Origin: a bacterium
GTDB taxonomy: Bacteria > Patescibacteriota > Minisyncoccia > Phycocordibacterales > UBA918
NCBI GenBank assembly: GCA_002710785.1
Contig: PAMC01000016.1
Location: forward strand, 13,435 to 77,434
DNA: 64,000 nt
Direction: 5' to 3'
Shown: positions 49,701 to 61,700 of the stretch, piece after piece
How the letters are laid out: every line of letters begins with the position of its first letter
Position numbering within the stretch: the stretch's first letter is position 1
Notes under the pieces: generated by a model
What the model was told of the DNA's origin: nothing
The model's input: only the letters and a program-made list of their open reading frames with translations
Databases searched by the model: none
Made by a program: the position numbers and the translations under genes

Positions 49701-52700
49701 AGTGTTGGTCATGAAGTAGAGCCCTGAGGAGATGAGGTCATCGCCAGAGGTCCACGTCCAGCCGGCAGATTGGAGCATTACGTTGCTGGTGGTGGTGTCT
49801 ACCGCCTGACCCAGCTGGCCCGAAGTTGTTGCTGCGGTACCAACCGCCGGGAGGAGAGTGCGGCCGTTGCCTGTTTCGTCGGTAATACTCACGGTTGGAT
49901 CCTCGTTGAAGTGGTACACCGCCTCGTAGTTATCCCACACCGCTTCTGAGCCGTAGCGATAAGTAGCGGCGTACGCTGAAGCCGTTGGATTGTTGTAGTG
50001 GATGTAGAAGGTAGTATCCTGCGCGGCACTCACGGCTGGGGCTAAGAAGTGGAGCTCACCGGTCTGGGTTGTAGTATTAATTTCGACCACATCAATCGGA
50101 AGTTCATTGGCGCCAGCTGTAGTTACCCGAATGTCAGCACCGTCACTTTTAACATTACTCCAGAAGTCACTGCCGAGACTGGCTAGATTGACGTAGACCG
50201 GATACTCAGTGAGCGTGCTCAGGGTGCTGCTAGCTGGAACAGTGAGCGTTAGTTGACTGTTCCAATCTGCACTGTAAACATTGGTGGCCGTGGTTGAGGC
50301 AAACGACACGCCGGTAAACACCGAAGATGGCTGCGCGTTCATGGTCGCTGCGTCAACCGTAATACCCGTGCGTCCAGCTGGTACCGCTATGTCAGTTTGT
50401 GTGAGCGTACTGATCGTGGTGCCATTGCGCAACTCAATACCTTCTGCACCCATCCCGCTAAAGTCTGCGTATTGACTCGCAAAGGTGGCATTTTCAAGAT
50501 TAAGTTGGTAGAGACCAAACAATACGGACACGGTGGTGGTGCTAGTCGCATCACCGAGGACCGATAACGTAGTACTGGTGCCGAAGGTGAGCTCAGAGCC
50601 ATTACCAATTTCTACCGTAACCGGCCGCTCATTACCGCCTGTAAGATCGGTACCATCAAAGTCGGTAGCATAACTCCAGTGTTCGGTACCACTCATACGC
50701 TGGTACTCACCATAGACGCGCAGCAAACCATTAGTGCCACCAAAGTCTGGGAGATACAGCGATGAGGTATCGAGAATGGTCGACGTAGCGATGGTTGAGT
50801 TCCAAATGACGATGTCGGAATCGTTAGATACCTGAATCGTGCCGTAGTCGTCACCGTCGTCGAGGCGGCCGGTAATTGTGTAGTCGCCACCAGTGAGAAC
50901 AATAGTACTGTCGGTCCAGGTAGTACTAGTACTAGCAAAACTATTTGTGAAGATGCCGCCAACGGTCATAACCGCGTCAGGGGCGAGTGTGAATTGTGTA
51001 CCGTTAACCAACCGTGCGTCATTAACAACATCAACATTGCCGCTCGGAGTCCAGTCACCACCCGCGGCATCAAAGACCAAGTTGTAGAAGCTGTTGTCTT
51101 CGATGCTGATGGTTTCGTTACCAGCTGAACTATCAAAGGTGGTGGTAGCGGTATTAGCATCAAAGAGACCGTCGAGGGTGGTCATTGAGCCACCAATGGT
51201 TAACGTGTCATTTGGCGCGATAAGCTCAGAACTCTGCACCACCACGTTACCGTCTATATCGGTAGTGGACTCTTTTAAGATAAAGCGCGGTACCGCGTCA
51301 GTGAAACTCTCACTGCTCGCAGCTACACCATAAAACGCTGTTGGTGTGTTGCCGTTGGTGTACTCAGCATCAATCCAGGCAGTAGATGGCGTGGTGCTGC
51401 TAAAGCGCAGCTCGTCAATCTGAATATCCATGTAGACAGTAGTCTGGTACGCACCAACCCGCAAGCCAGTATTCGAAGGATTCTCTCCATCGGCTGTCTG
51501 TGTCACCGAGTCACGAAGAATATTATCCTCGTAGATTTGGTTAGTCTCGCCAATCGCAGCACGACCGACGGTAGTAAAGTGGTGCCAAATAGTACTGTTG
51601 CGCGTGAAGCGGAAGTCGCTACCGGACGTCTCACCAAATCGGAAGTAGCCTCGATCGCCACTGTCATACCACGGTAGGTAGTGCAGGTAGGTATCCTCAC
51701 TACCGCCCACCGCTACACCAAACTGCCACAATGCACCCGTATCGACCGCCGACTGGAAGTACCAACCAGATGAAACCATGTCTTCTCCGGCTGGCCAGGT
51801 CCAACCGGCGTTCTCGAGTCGAACATTGCCGCTAGTGGTATCAAGGGCTGTGCCAAGAGTACCGGTCGTTGTGGCTGGTGTACCAATGGCTGGAGTAAGG
51901 TCGCGGCCGTTGCCTGTTTCGTCGGTAATACTGATAGTTGGATCCTCGTGGAAGTGGTACACCGCCTCGTAGTTATCCCACACCGCTTCTGAGCCGTAAG
52001 CACTATCGGAAGCCGGTGCAGTTGCGTCGGCGTTTGCAAAGTAGATGTAGAACGTCGTCGTTGCTGTATCACTGATACTATCGGCTAAGAAGTGGAGTTC
52101 GCCGGTCTCACCCACCGCATCAAACTCAACCACATCAACCGGCAACGCAACGAACCCACTGCCGTTTGCGACACGAATGTCAGCGCCATCGCTCGCCACT
52201 CCATTCCAAAAGTCGGAGCCAAGGGTACTGAGGTCAACGTAAACCGGGAAATCACTAAGTGAGGCCTCTACCGTGTTTGGTGCAATCGTGAGCGCTACCC
52301 GTTCGTTCCAGCCACTGCCATACCACGGCAAGCTGCTTAGGGTTCCAAACTGTACATCATTAAAGGCTGAGCCATTAGTGCGTACTTGTTCTTCGTTCGT
52401 CGAGCTAAAGAGGACCAAACCGCCATTGTTAGAGAACGAGCCACTGCCAGTTACCGTGAGCGTGTCGCCAATCGACAGATTGCCGCTTGGGAAGGTAACG
52501 GTACCGTCACTTATAGTTACTGCACCAGTAGCGGTGGCGTGCGTATCGGTAATACTCCAGCTGCCGCTGCCGTCAAAGGTGACATCATCTAAGATATTTA
52601 AGAAGGTGGTGCCGCCTAACGTAACCGTTTCTGCTGCACTACTTGTAAACTCGAGCTCAGCGTTGTTGTGCATGAACGTGCCTTGGTTGAGGAACGACCC

Positions 52701-55700
52701 ACCAACAGTTAGTTTTGTCGTTGGGAAGGTAACGGTACCAGTTGCAACAGTGAAGTCATCATCAACCGTAACTGCCGCGTCACTAAAGTACGGGGTAGTA
52801 GTTGCGTCATTGAGTGTCAGGGCGTAAAACGCTGAGCCACCGGTGGTAATTTGGTGCGACGGCGCATCAGGGATAATGTCCGGCACGTACGTCTCAACGC
52901 TTGAGGTAGCGTAAAACGCTGTCGGGTCACTCTGGTTACTGTACTCAGCACTAACCCAGTCGGCGCCGCGTGTGCTCTGCGCAAAGCGAAGCTCGTCCAT
53001 TTCACCCTCCCACGAACCAGCGGTGGTGTAGCGACCGAGCTGAAGCGCTCCGCCAGATGGATCGGCAGCAGTTTGTGTCGGGTTATCACGCACAATGTCG
53101 TTGATGTAAGTAATCACCTGCTCGCTCGTGCTGGTTGGGCCAACAGTTGTGAAGTGTTGCCAGTTCACGGTGTCACGTGGCGTAAAGTCAAAGGTAAACG
53201 CGCCAGCCGTCGAGCCGAAACGGTGGTAGCCGCGCTGCGTGCCGCTGTACCACGGCATGAAGTTCATATCGGCGCCGGTACCCCACGACCACAATGCCTC
53301 GCTGCTCGCCGCGCTCAGCTTGTACCAACCCGACGACTCGAGACGATCGCCACTTGCCCAACTCCAGCTGTTGGTCAAGATACCGCTCGAACCGACGAGG
53401 GTAATGGCTGTGCCGAGTTGGCCGGTTGAGGTGGCGATATCCGCTCCCGTGATAGTAAGATCGTACCCATTGGCAGTAGCATCAGGCACAATAGTATTTA
53501 CGCCAGTCGTCGCCACTTCAAAGTGGTACACCGCATCAAAATCTACCCATACCGCCTCACTGCCGTAGGTACTAAACGATGCCGGCATACTGGCACTTGG
53601 ATTATTGAAGTAGAGGTAGAACGTGGTGTCGCCAGTACTGCTTGCAGATGGGGCCAAGAAGTGCAACTCACCTGTCTGCGTGTTGGAGTTAATGCTTACG
53701 ACCTCAACCGCAATTTCTGTCTGGCCGTCATCGGTAGTCATGCGAATGTCGCCACCATCGCTTTTAACTGCTCCCCAGAAGCTGCTGCCGAGCGTGCTTA
53801 AGTCAACGTAGACAGGGAAATTCGTGAGACTCGAATCAATCTCACTGGCCTGTAGCGCAATTGGTAGTCGCTGGGTGAAGTCAGTGTCACTGTACCAATC
53901 ACTTGAGCCTGGGATAATACCTGGGTACGTACGATCATCAGGTACGATCTCAACTTCACTGGTACCGGCGATAAACGAACCGCTATTTGTCCAATCACCA
54001 CCAACCTGAATCAGGGTATCGCTACCACCGTTGAGTGTGTCGTTAGCACCGATGTTGACGTCGTACGCAGCAGCTGCCGTATCGACTACAATCGTCTTGC
54101 TTGCCCCATCAACGACCACAATGCCAATATTTTGCAACGAAGTTGAAGCATTGAGATCTTGCCATATCGAACTGCCGCTACCGTCAAACGTAGTGGTACC
54201 AACACCACTCCACTGTGCACCCGCGTAGGTGCGCACATCACCAGCTACTGCAATGCTGCTCGTGCCTCGATTAAATGTACCGGCGGCAACAATGAGGTTG
54301 CCTGAGAGATCAAGGTCAGCGCTAATGTCCCACTGCGCCACACTGGTTGAAGTGCCGAAGGTGAGGCTGTTAAAGGCCAGTGGGTCGGATGGGTCAATAA
54401 TGGTTTCGGTACCAACAAGTGCGTTAAAGGCCACCGTCGCCGCTGCCACCGAGGTAGTGGCCGTGTTAATCCAGGAACCAGACACCTCAAGTGTGTTACT
54501 GTCGAGCGTCAGAGTGCCGTCATTAACAATGTCGTGAGTAGTAATAACTGCCGCAGTACTGCTCGACGGTCTAAACTCTTGGTTGGCCGCCACGTAGATA
54601 TTAAAATCACCACACGTACCCACTGCACAAACGTCGAGATTATTAGCCAGATCGACGTTGAAGAAGATATCCTCGTTGGCGGAGATACTATTGTCGTAGA
54701 GCGCTAAACCAGACACATCAACGGTTCCTGTCTCATCGGCATCAAACGCGAGATGGCCCTCATAAAGCGTCACACCAGTGATGTCACCCAAGCCGTCGTA
54801 GACAAAGGCAGTAACCGCCTCGTCTGGATCAGCTGCACCATCGACCCATACCTGCACCGTCTGGCCGGCAAACGCGGTCACGTTTGGCAAGCTCCAGGTG
54901 CCACTAGCGATGGTGCCGGTAGCGCTTAAGAGCACACCGTTAACTGCTGCGCGGACGGTACCACTCGCTACCGGAGTGATCCGGTCGTTCTCAAAAATGT
55001 TGCCGCTCATGGTCACACCCTCACTCCACTCTACTTGCCAGTCCTGCACCTCAGGGCAGTTACCGCCGCCACAAGTAAGCGTCGCGTACGGTCGAATAGT
55101 GTCGTAAATATTGATGTCGACGTTGGTAAGGTCGATTGGGCCTGTTGTCGTACCAACCGAGTTACCGGGGATAGCGCTGTCCGGAATGAGTGCCCAAGTG
55201 TCGGCACTGACCTGGTACTGCAGCTGATACACGATATCACTCGTAGCTGGTGTGCTGTCAGTCCAATCAAAATTCTCAAACTTTGGTCCCGCGCCGTCAC
55301 TAAAGATAACCGGCTCACCGGCAATGGTACCTGAGAGCGTGCCCGCGTTAGCGCGCGTTAAGAGCCCTGAGCTCGCCTCAAACGCGATTACCGAAACGAT
55401 CTCCTGCGTGTGTCCGTTGGCACCTAAACCGTCCTCCATGAGACTCAGGAAAATCTGGCTAGCGTTATTGGTACCGGAAGTATCTTTTATACCGAAACCG
55501 CCGTCGCCGCCGTCTTCCGCGTTGTTATGGACGAGCGTCACCTGTGGTGTGCTGCCAAAGCCGGTTTGGAAGCTTTGATTGTGTCCACCCTGACCTTGTG
55601 TATCATCAACGGAATCGCTCGAGTTAAAGGCTTCGAAGTCTGCGCCGTTGATGGTGCCGTCAGCAACATCCATAATGACGTAGTCGACGTCTTCAGCGCC

Positions 55701-58700
55701 GTGGCTCGTTACGCCATCGTAACTAGCGTTGAGGGCAATCTGCATTCCGTCCTCTTCGATCTCATCGTCGCGAGGGCCGTTGCCGTTACCGTTGGTATTA
55801 ACGTTACCGTCGATGTGGGTACCGATCCAATCAGAGTCGTTGTTGGATGCCACAGTTGCGATGCCGACCGGTGGGTTAATGAATGGGTTGCTGGAGTAAT
55901 CGATCTCAGTACCGATGTCATTCTGGAATGGACGCGCCTGCACGGCTGACACATTAGCGGCCGTGCCAGCAATCACTTGTATACCCGACCCACCCTCGTC
56001 CAGGGTCCACGTACCAGCTTCCATTACAATATAGTCAACATCGGTACTGCCGGTAAAGGCATTGGTGTAATCGTCAACTTTAATTTCGAAGGTGTTTGCG
56101 GTCTTGTTGCGGACTCGGGCGTTGCGGTTGTTACCGTAGGAACTACCGTCATACTCTGGCGAGGCTACTACCACCATGTTCTGGTAGCTACGCAAGGTAG
56201 TCACCTCCGTCCAGTTATTATCGGTGAGGCTGACGGTACCGTACTCGCCAAACTCTGGTGATACCGTCACCGCACCACTGGTCGCGACGGTACCGTCAAG
56301 TGTTCCCTGTTCAAACTGCTCATCCGTTGTCTGGAACCAGGTCGAGACGGTAACGCTGGTGTCAATCGTAAACGCGTCTGCTTCAGACCACGGAGACCAG
56401 GCATCGCCGCCATTAGGGTCCTTCGCTCGAGTGCGCCACCAGTACGTGGTGCCGTTCACGAAAGCTTCTCCCGCTTGTTTGGTGTAGGTAATCGTGTCAC
56501 CTGATGTAAACGGATTGGTATCGCCACCATCGCTTAAGTTTGCAAAGCCAGGGCTGGTGCTCGAATTGTAGGTTGAAGAACTGGTTTCAAACGTACGGTC
56601 AGTACTAAAAGAGATTTCATACTCTAGATCATCGCCCTGCGGATCGCTCGAGATAAAGTCAAACGTTGGCAATGTCTCGGCAGTTTTTTGGTTATCAAAC
56701 AGATCACCCAAGACCGGCGTTTCAACGCGCAGCGCCCAACGCACACCCCACTCTTCAAGCGAGAGCGTGCTACCGGCAAAATTGGCCACTAACCGCAATT
56801 CATTATAGGTGCTAGTATCGAGCGCCAAAATATCAATCGGGCTCGTGGTAGTTCCAGCCGAGTTGCCTTCGATGAGGTTGTTTGGCACCAACGTCCAAGT
56901 CCCATTATTGTTGTACTCAACCTGAATGGTTATGGTGCCCGCGGTTTCAGTATCACTCCAGAACACCTCTCCCCACGCGTTGCCAATGAGCGCGTCATCA
57001 AAGTCGATTTCGGTGCCGGTAATAGTGCCGGTCGCTCCCGTCACTGCGCCGGTAGTGGTACTCAGTCCAGCCGTCAACGTGTCGGTTGAGAATTGATCAC
57101 CAGTGGTCTGGTACCACTCGGTCACCGTTAAGGTCGGGTTTGTGGTGAAGCTATACGGAGTTGACCAGGCGCTGCTGGTTGCTGAGCCGTCTGGATCACT
57201 GGCGCGAACTCGCCACCAGTACGTTGTGCTACTGGCCAACGTCGTCGGCGTTGTAAAGCGGACTGTTGCTCCACTCACAAACGGGGCTTTGTCACTCGCA
57301 TCCGCAACGTTTTCAAAGTCAAGGAAGCTGTCGGCTGAGTTAACATCCACCACCGGCGACGGGAAAGCTGGGTCCGTGTCAATTTGTACTTGGTAGTCAA
57401 TCTCGTCACCAGCGTTGTCGGTAGTCACAAACGTCAGCTGGGTGTCGAGGTCAGCGATGTGGGCATTATCAAAATACGAAATGAGCTGCGGTACGTTTGG
57501 CGGACCGGCTGTCTCAAGTTGCGGATAGAGCGTGTAAGTTTGCAGCTCCCCTCCGGTGGCTCGTACCATCCGGAAGCAGTAGTTGGTATTGATGCCAACA
57601 TCCACTGCCGTGATAACCCAATCAAACTCCACCACCTCACCGACGCCTACGTCATTTGGTAGCACGTTTGAGAGATTTCGTTCTTCGTAGGTACCGAGCA
57701 CCGTTGAATCGGTAAGCGTGGTGGTTGCCAAGGTGGTACCGTCGCCAACGCTGGCATTATTAAAACCAGCAAAAGCTGCGGTGGTACTGCTCTGCTCGGC
57801 CAGATCAAGCCACTCAGTAATGAGCGAGCACTGATCTTGAGTGGCGGTGCCGTACTGTAGCTTAAATGCCAACGAGTCTTCAGTACCGGTCGCATTGCTC
57901 GCAGCTAAGTTCATGCGCAGCCGCAAGATATCTCCGTTGTCGACTGCCCCTGCACCTCGAATATCCTCGCCTTCACTCACGAATTCACCGCTACCAATCG
58001 ACCAGGTACTCGTTGGGGTCGAAACGTCCTCGTTTTGGTACCACGCAAATGAGCGCTGCTCGTAGCGGGCGTCATTAGCCAACTCTTGAGCCCCAAATGA
58101 GGCACCAAAGACGTTTCCGTACTTCCTCGCCTGCACAGTGCCGGTGACGTTGGTTTCTTCACTATCAACAGACACGTCTTCGTAGATGACGTAAATTGGC
58201 ACTCCATTGGTTGAAACTACCGTATGTCCTTCGGTGTACGTAACGTTACTGTTCGTACCTGAATCGCCAAAGTGTATGGTGCCTGGATAGTCACCGCCAG
58301 CCCCACACGAACCTGATGTCACCGTAGTACCAGCCGGACTGATAATCTCGATTGTCGCGGTACCAAATCGTGGGCTACAGGCTACCGCCACAAATTGGGC
58401 ATCGTTGGTAAGCGCAAATTCAGTACCAAACTCCCGCTCCGACCAGAACGCGACCGATTCACGGCCGTCAGAGTCGGCTTGCTGGATTGCTGCAATCGGC
58501 TCACTTTGAGCAACTAACCGGACCGAATCGCCGTCAAACTGAGCCGCCGCTGTACAGCCATCAACCACTTGACGGTCACCGCGCGTCAGTGGCTCAGTGC
58601 CTGAGGTTGTATCGTCGCTACAGTAGTAATCGGCGTTGGTTGTACCAGTACCACCGGCGAATACATAGTTTGAGTCATGACCATAAATTGGTTCCATGGT

Positions 58701-61700
58701 TGGTGGGTAGAGTGCATACCCGTCACCTGGTGACGTTGACCGGTGAAACGCGAGTACGGGACTGGTCGCCTCAATCATTACACCGTCACCATCGTTGGCG
58801 TTACCGGAGTTTGACGGGTCAGCCGTAAAAGTTGCAACCGCGCTCGTTGCTATACTTTGCGTTTGGTTGGCGGTGCCCGACGAGCCAATAAACGTACTTA
58901 CCGAAGTGCTGGCAAATGGTGCGTACACGTACCAGCGGTTCGTGTCGCGGTTGGTGGCGCCAATGTGGGTAGTCGTTGCAAACGAAATCGGCACGAGTGT
59001 ATCGCTGTTGCCATTACTGGTGTGTGAGACCGTTGAAGAAATCGGGCCATTCGCACTAATAACCGACGTGCCGGTAAACGTGCTAAAAACCGTGCGGTCG
59101 CCTGCGTCGAGTGTAACGGTACTACCGCCATCAATACTTACCTCGTTATTGTCAATCAAACTAATGACCGAGATATCATCGGCCCCGCTATTATCAACGA
59201 CGTAGTAAAGGTCTTGTGGAGTATCGTAGCTAAAGGTGGCCAACTCATCGCTCGCACTAGTCACGCTCGATGCGCCGTAGTAGAGCCAGATGGTGGTTTT
59301 TGCTCCTGCTGGCAACGATTCTACCTGCACCCACACGTCACTCTCTTGGCCGGAGTAGTCGTAGTGCTGGAGCCAGAAGTCAAGCTCAACAAAGTCTGTT
59401 ACCGTGAGCGCTTCTGCACTAGATGTGGCAAGCCAGCCTGCGTTATCACTCATGCTGTCGTAGATGACACTCGCCCACTCTGGAGTGCGTACCACGTCGG
59501 AGATGCGGAACGAGTCGAGCTGTCCCTCAAAGTTCTCAGCAGTACTAAAGTTACCACCGACAATGTCTTGGTCTTGTCCAATTAAAAGACCGCCGCTGTC
59601 GATACTTGTCGTGGCTATGACCGGACTGGCTGTAATCGGACTTTGCGCATCGCGCAGGCCATTGCGGATAACCGACTTCTCTTGGTTGTCCATATCACGA
59701 ATGGTCATGTAGTACTGCCAGTTGCCATCGTTGTACGTAGCCCCATTGTCGAGCGTCGCAGTTTCTTGGCCACCTTGCGAGTACAAACGAAGTAACGTGT
59801 TATTGTCGAGTCGATCCCAGTATTCGTTGGCTTGTCCGCTGTTGGCACCACTGAGGAGCGTCATGTCACTAATGTTGCTGCTCTCGTGCCACCAAGAGGT
59901 ACTGATGTTGGTGAGACCGTCGATGACTTCTTTTGGCAGACGGATGTAGTCAGTCTGATCGTCGCCAAACTCTTGCCCAGCCCCAAAGAGACCGGTCTTA
60001 TCGTCAGATGTGTTGTAGTCGTCAGCGTGGTACTCGTTAGCGGTCGAGTCGAGGTAGAGATTGTTGTTACCGGTACCAGCTGCATCTTCCTCAAGGTGGT
60101 AGACCGCGCGGTAGTTGTTCGTCCACACGTTCTCTGAGCCATACGTATCATCGCGGGCGTAGGCAGTGGCGTCCGGGTTATTAAAGTAGATGTAGTAGTT
60201 AGTATCGGCAGCCGCGGTGAGATTGGTCTTAAAGTAAAGCTCACCCGTGTTCGCGCCAGTATCAATTGCTACCAGTTCGTACGGGTACTCAGTCTGACCA
60301 TCTTCGCTAATCACGCGGATATCGCGACCGTCGGTTGCAACGTCGTTGAAGAAGGCGCTGCCGAGAATGCTCAAGTCGACGTAGACTGGGAAGTCGGTTA
60401 GATTCTCGCTGGCTGGTACGGTAATGCGCTGACGGTTGTTCCAACTTGTGTTGAACCAGCCCGGAAGCGATGTGCCACCAGCTAGCAGTGTGCTGCTCGT
60501 CGCGTAGAACGTAGTTGGATTGCGGTGGTTTGTTGCCTCGGCGGCGGTCCAGCCGTCGGTTCGCAAGTCGTCGCGCGTGGTAAAGCGCAGTTCGTCGATG
60601 TAGCCGTTATACGAGCCACCAGTCGTGTAGCGACCGACCTGCAGATTGTTCAAGTTGTATGGGTCGGCGATGTCTTGCAGTGCTGTCAACTGCTCAACGC
60701 CGTCTTCGTAGATCACGTGCCGACCGCCAATAGTGGTCTCACTCACTGTCGTAAAGTGTGTCCAAGCGTTAACAATTCCAGTGCGGTCCCAAATAGCATT
60801 TGAGGTTTGACCGAAGTAGAGGTACCCCCGGCCAGTTGCTGTGCCGTTGTTGTACCACGGCATGTACGACATCCAGTTAGGGTTGTTGTTTGTACCCCAC
60901 TGCCAAATCGCTTCCGCGCTGGCTGCTCCCTGCTGGTAAAGCCCGCTCGAGACGAGGTCCGTGCTCGACGCCCAGTTCCAGCCCGTTGCGGTAAGGTGGC
61001 CGCTGCTGGTAACGGTAAGGTCGAGTGCGCTACCCATGGCCCCGGTGGTGGTGGCAACGTTGGCGGTAGTAATAGTAAGGTCACGACCGTTACCCGTTTG
61101 GTCGGTGTAGGTGTCTCCGGTAGTGGTGGCGTTGTCACTAAAGTGGTACACCGCCTCAAAATCAGCCCAAACAGCGTTTCGACCGAGCGGATCACTCACT
61201 GCACGGGCGGTAGCATTTGCGTTGCCGGTGTAGATATGAAAAACCGTATCTTGGGCACCCGAAATGTAGTCGGCCAAGAAGTGCAATTCACCCGTTCGGG
61301 TGTTGGTATTAATTTCCACCACTGAGAGTGGGAGCTCGGTTACACCATCTGCTTTAGTAATACGAATGTCTCCACCATCGCTGCGTACTGTGTTCCAGAA
61401 GTCTGCGCCTAGTGTTGAGAGGTCAACAAACACTGGGTAACTGCTTAGGGCACCAGGTACTGCGCTCGCTTGCACAATGAGCGCGGTGCGTTCGCTCCAC
61501 GCTGGGTCATACGGATTTTCAAACTGCGTGGTAGTGGACTGGTAGAGATTGCCGCTGGTAATTTCTTGGACAAAACGAATGTCAGACCCATCGCTCTGCA
61601 CGTTGCTCCAGAAGTCACTTAAAGCGCTATCAAGTTGTAAGAATACCTGATGCTCAGTCAAATCGGTGGTGCCGCTGGTGTTATCAATCTCAATTGGAAT

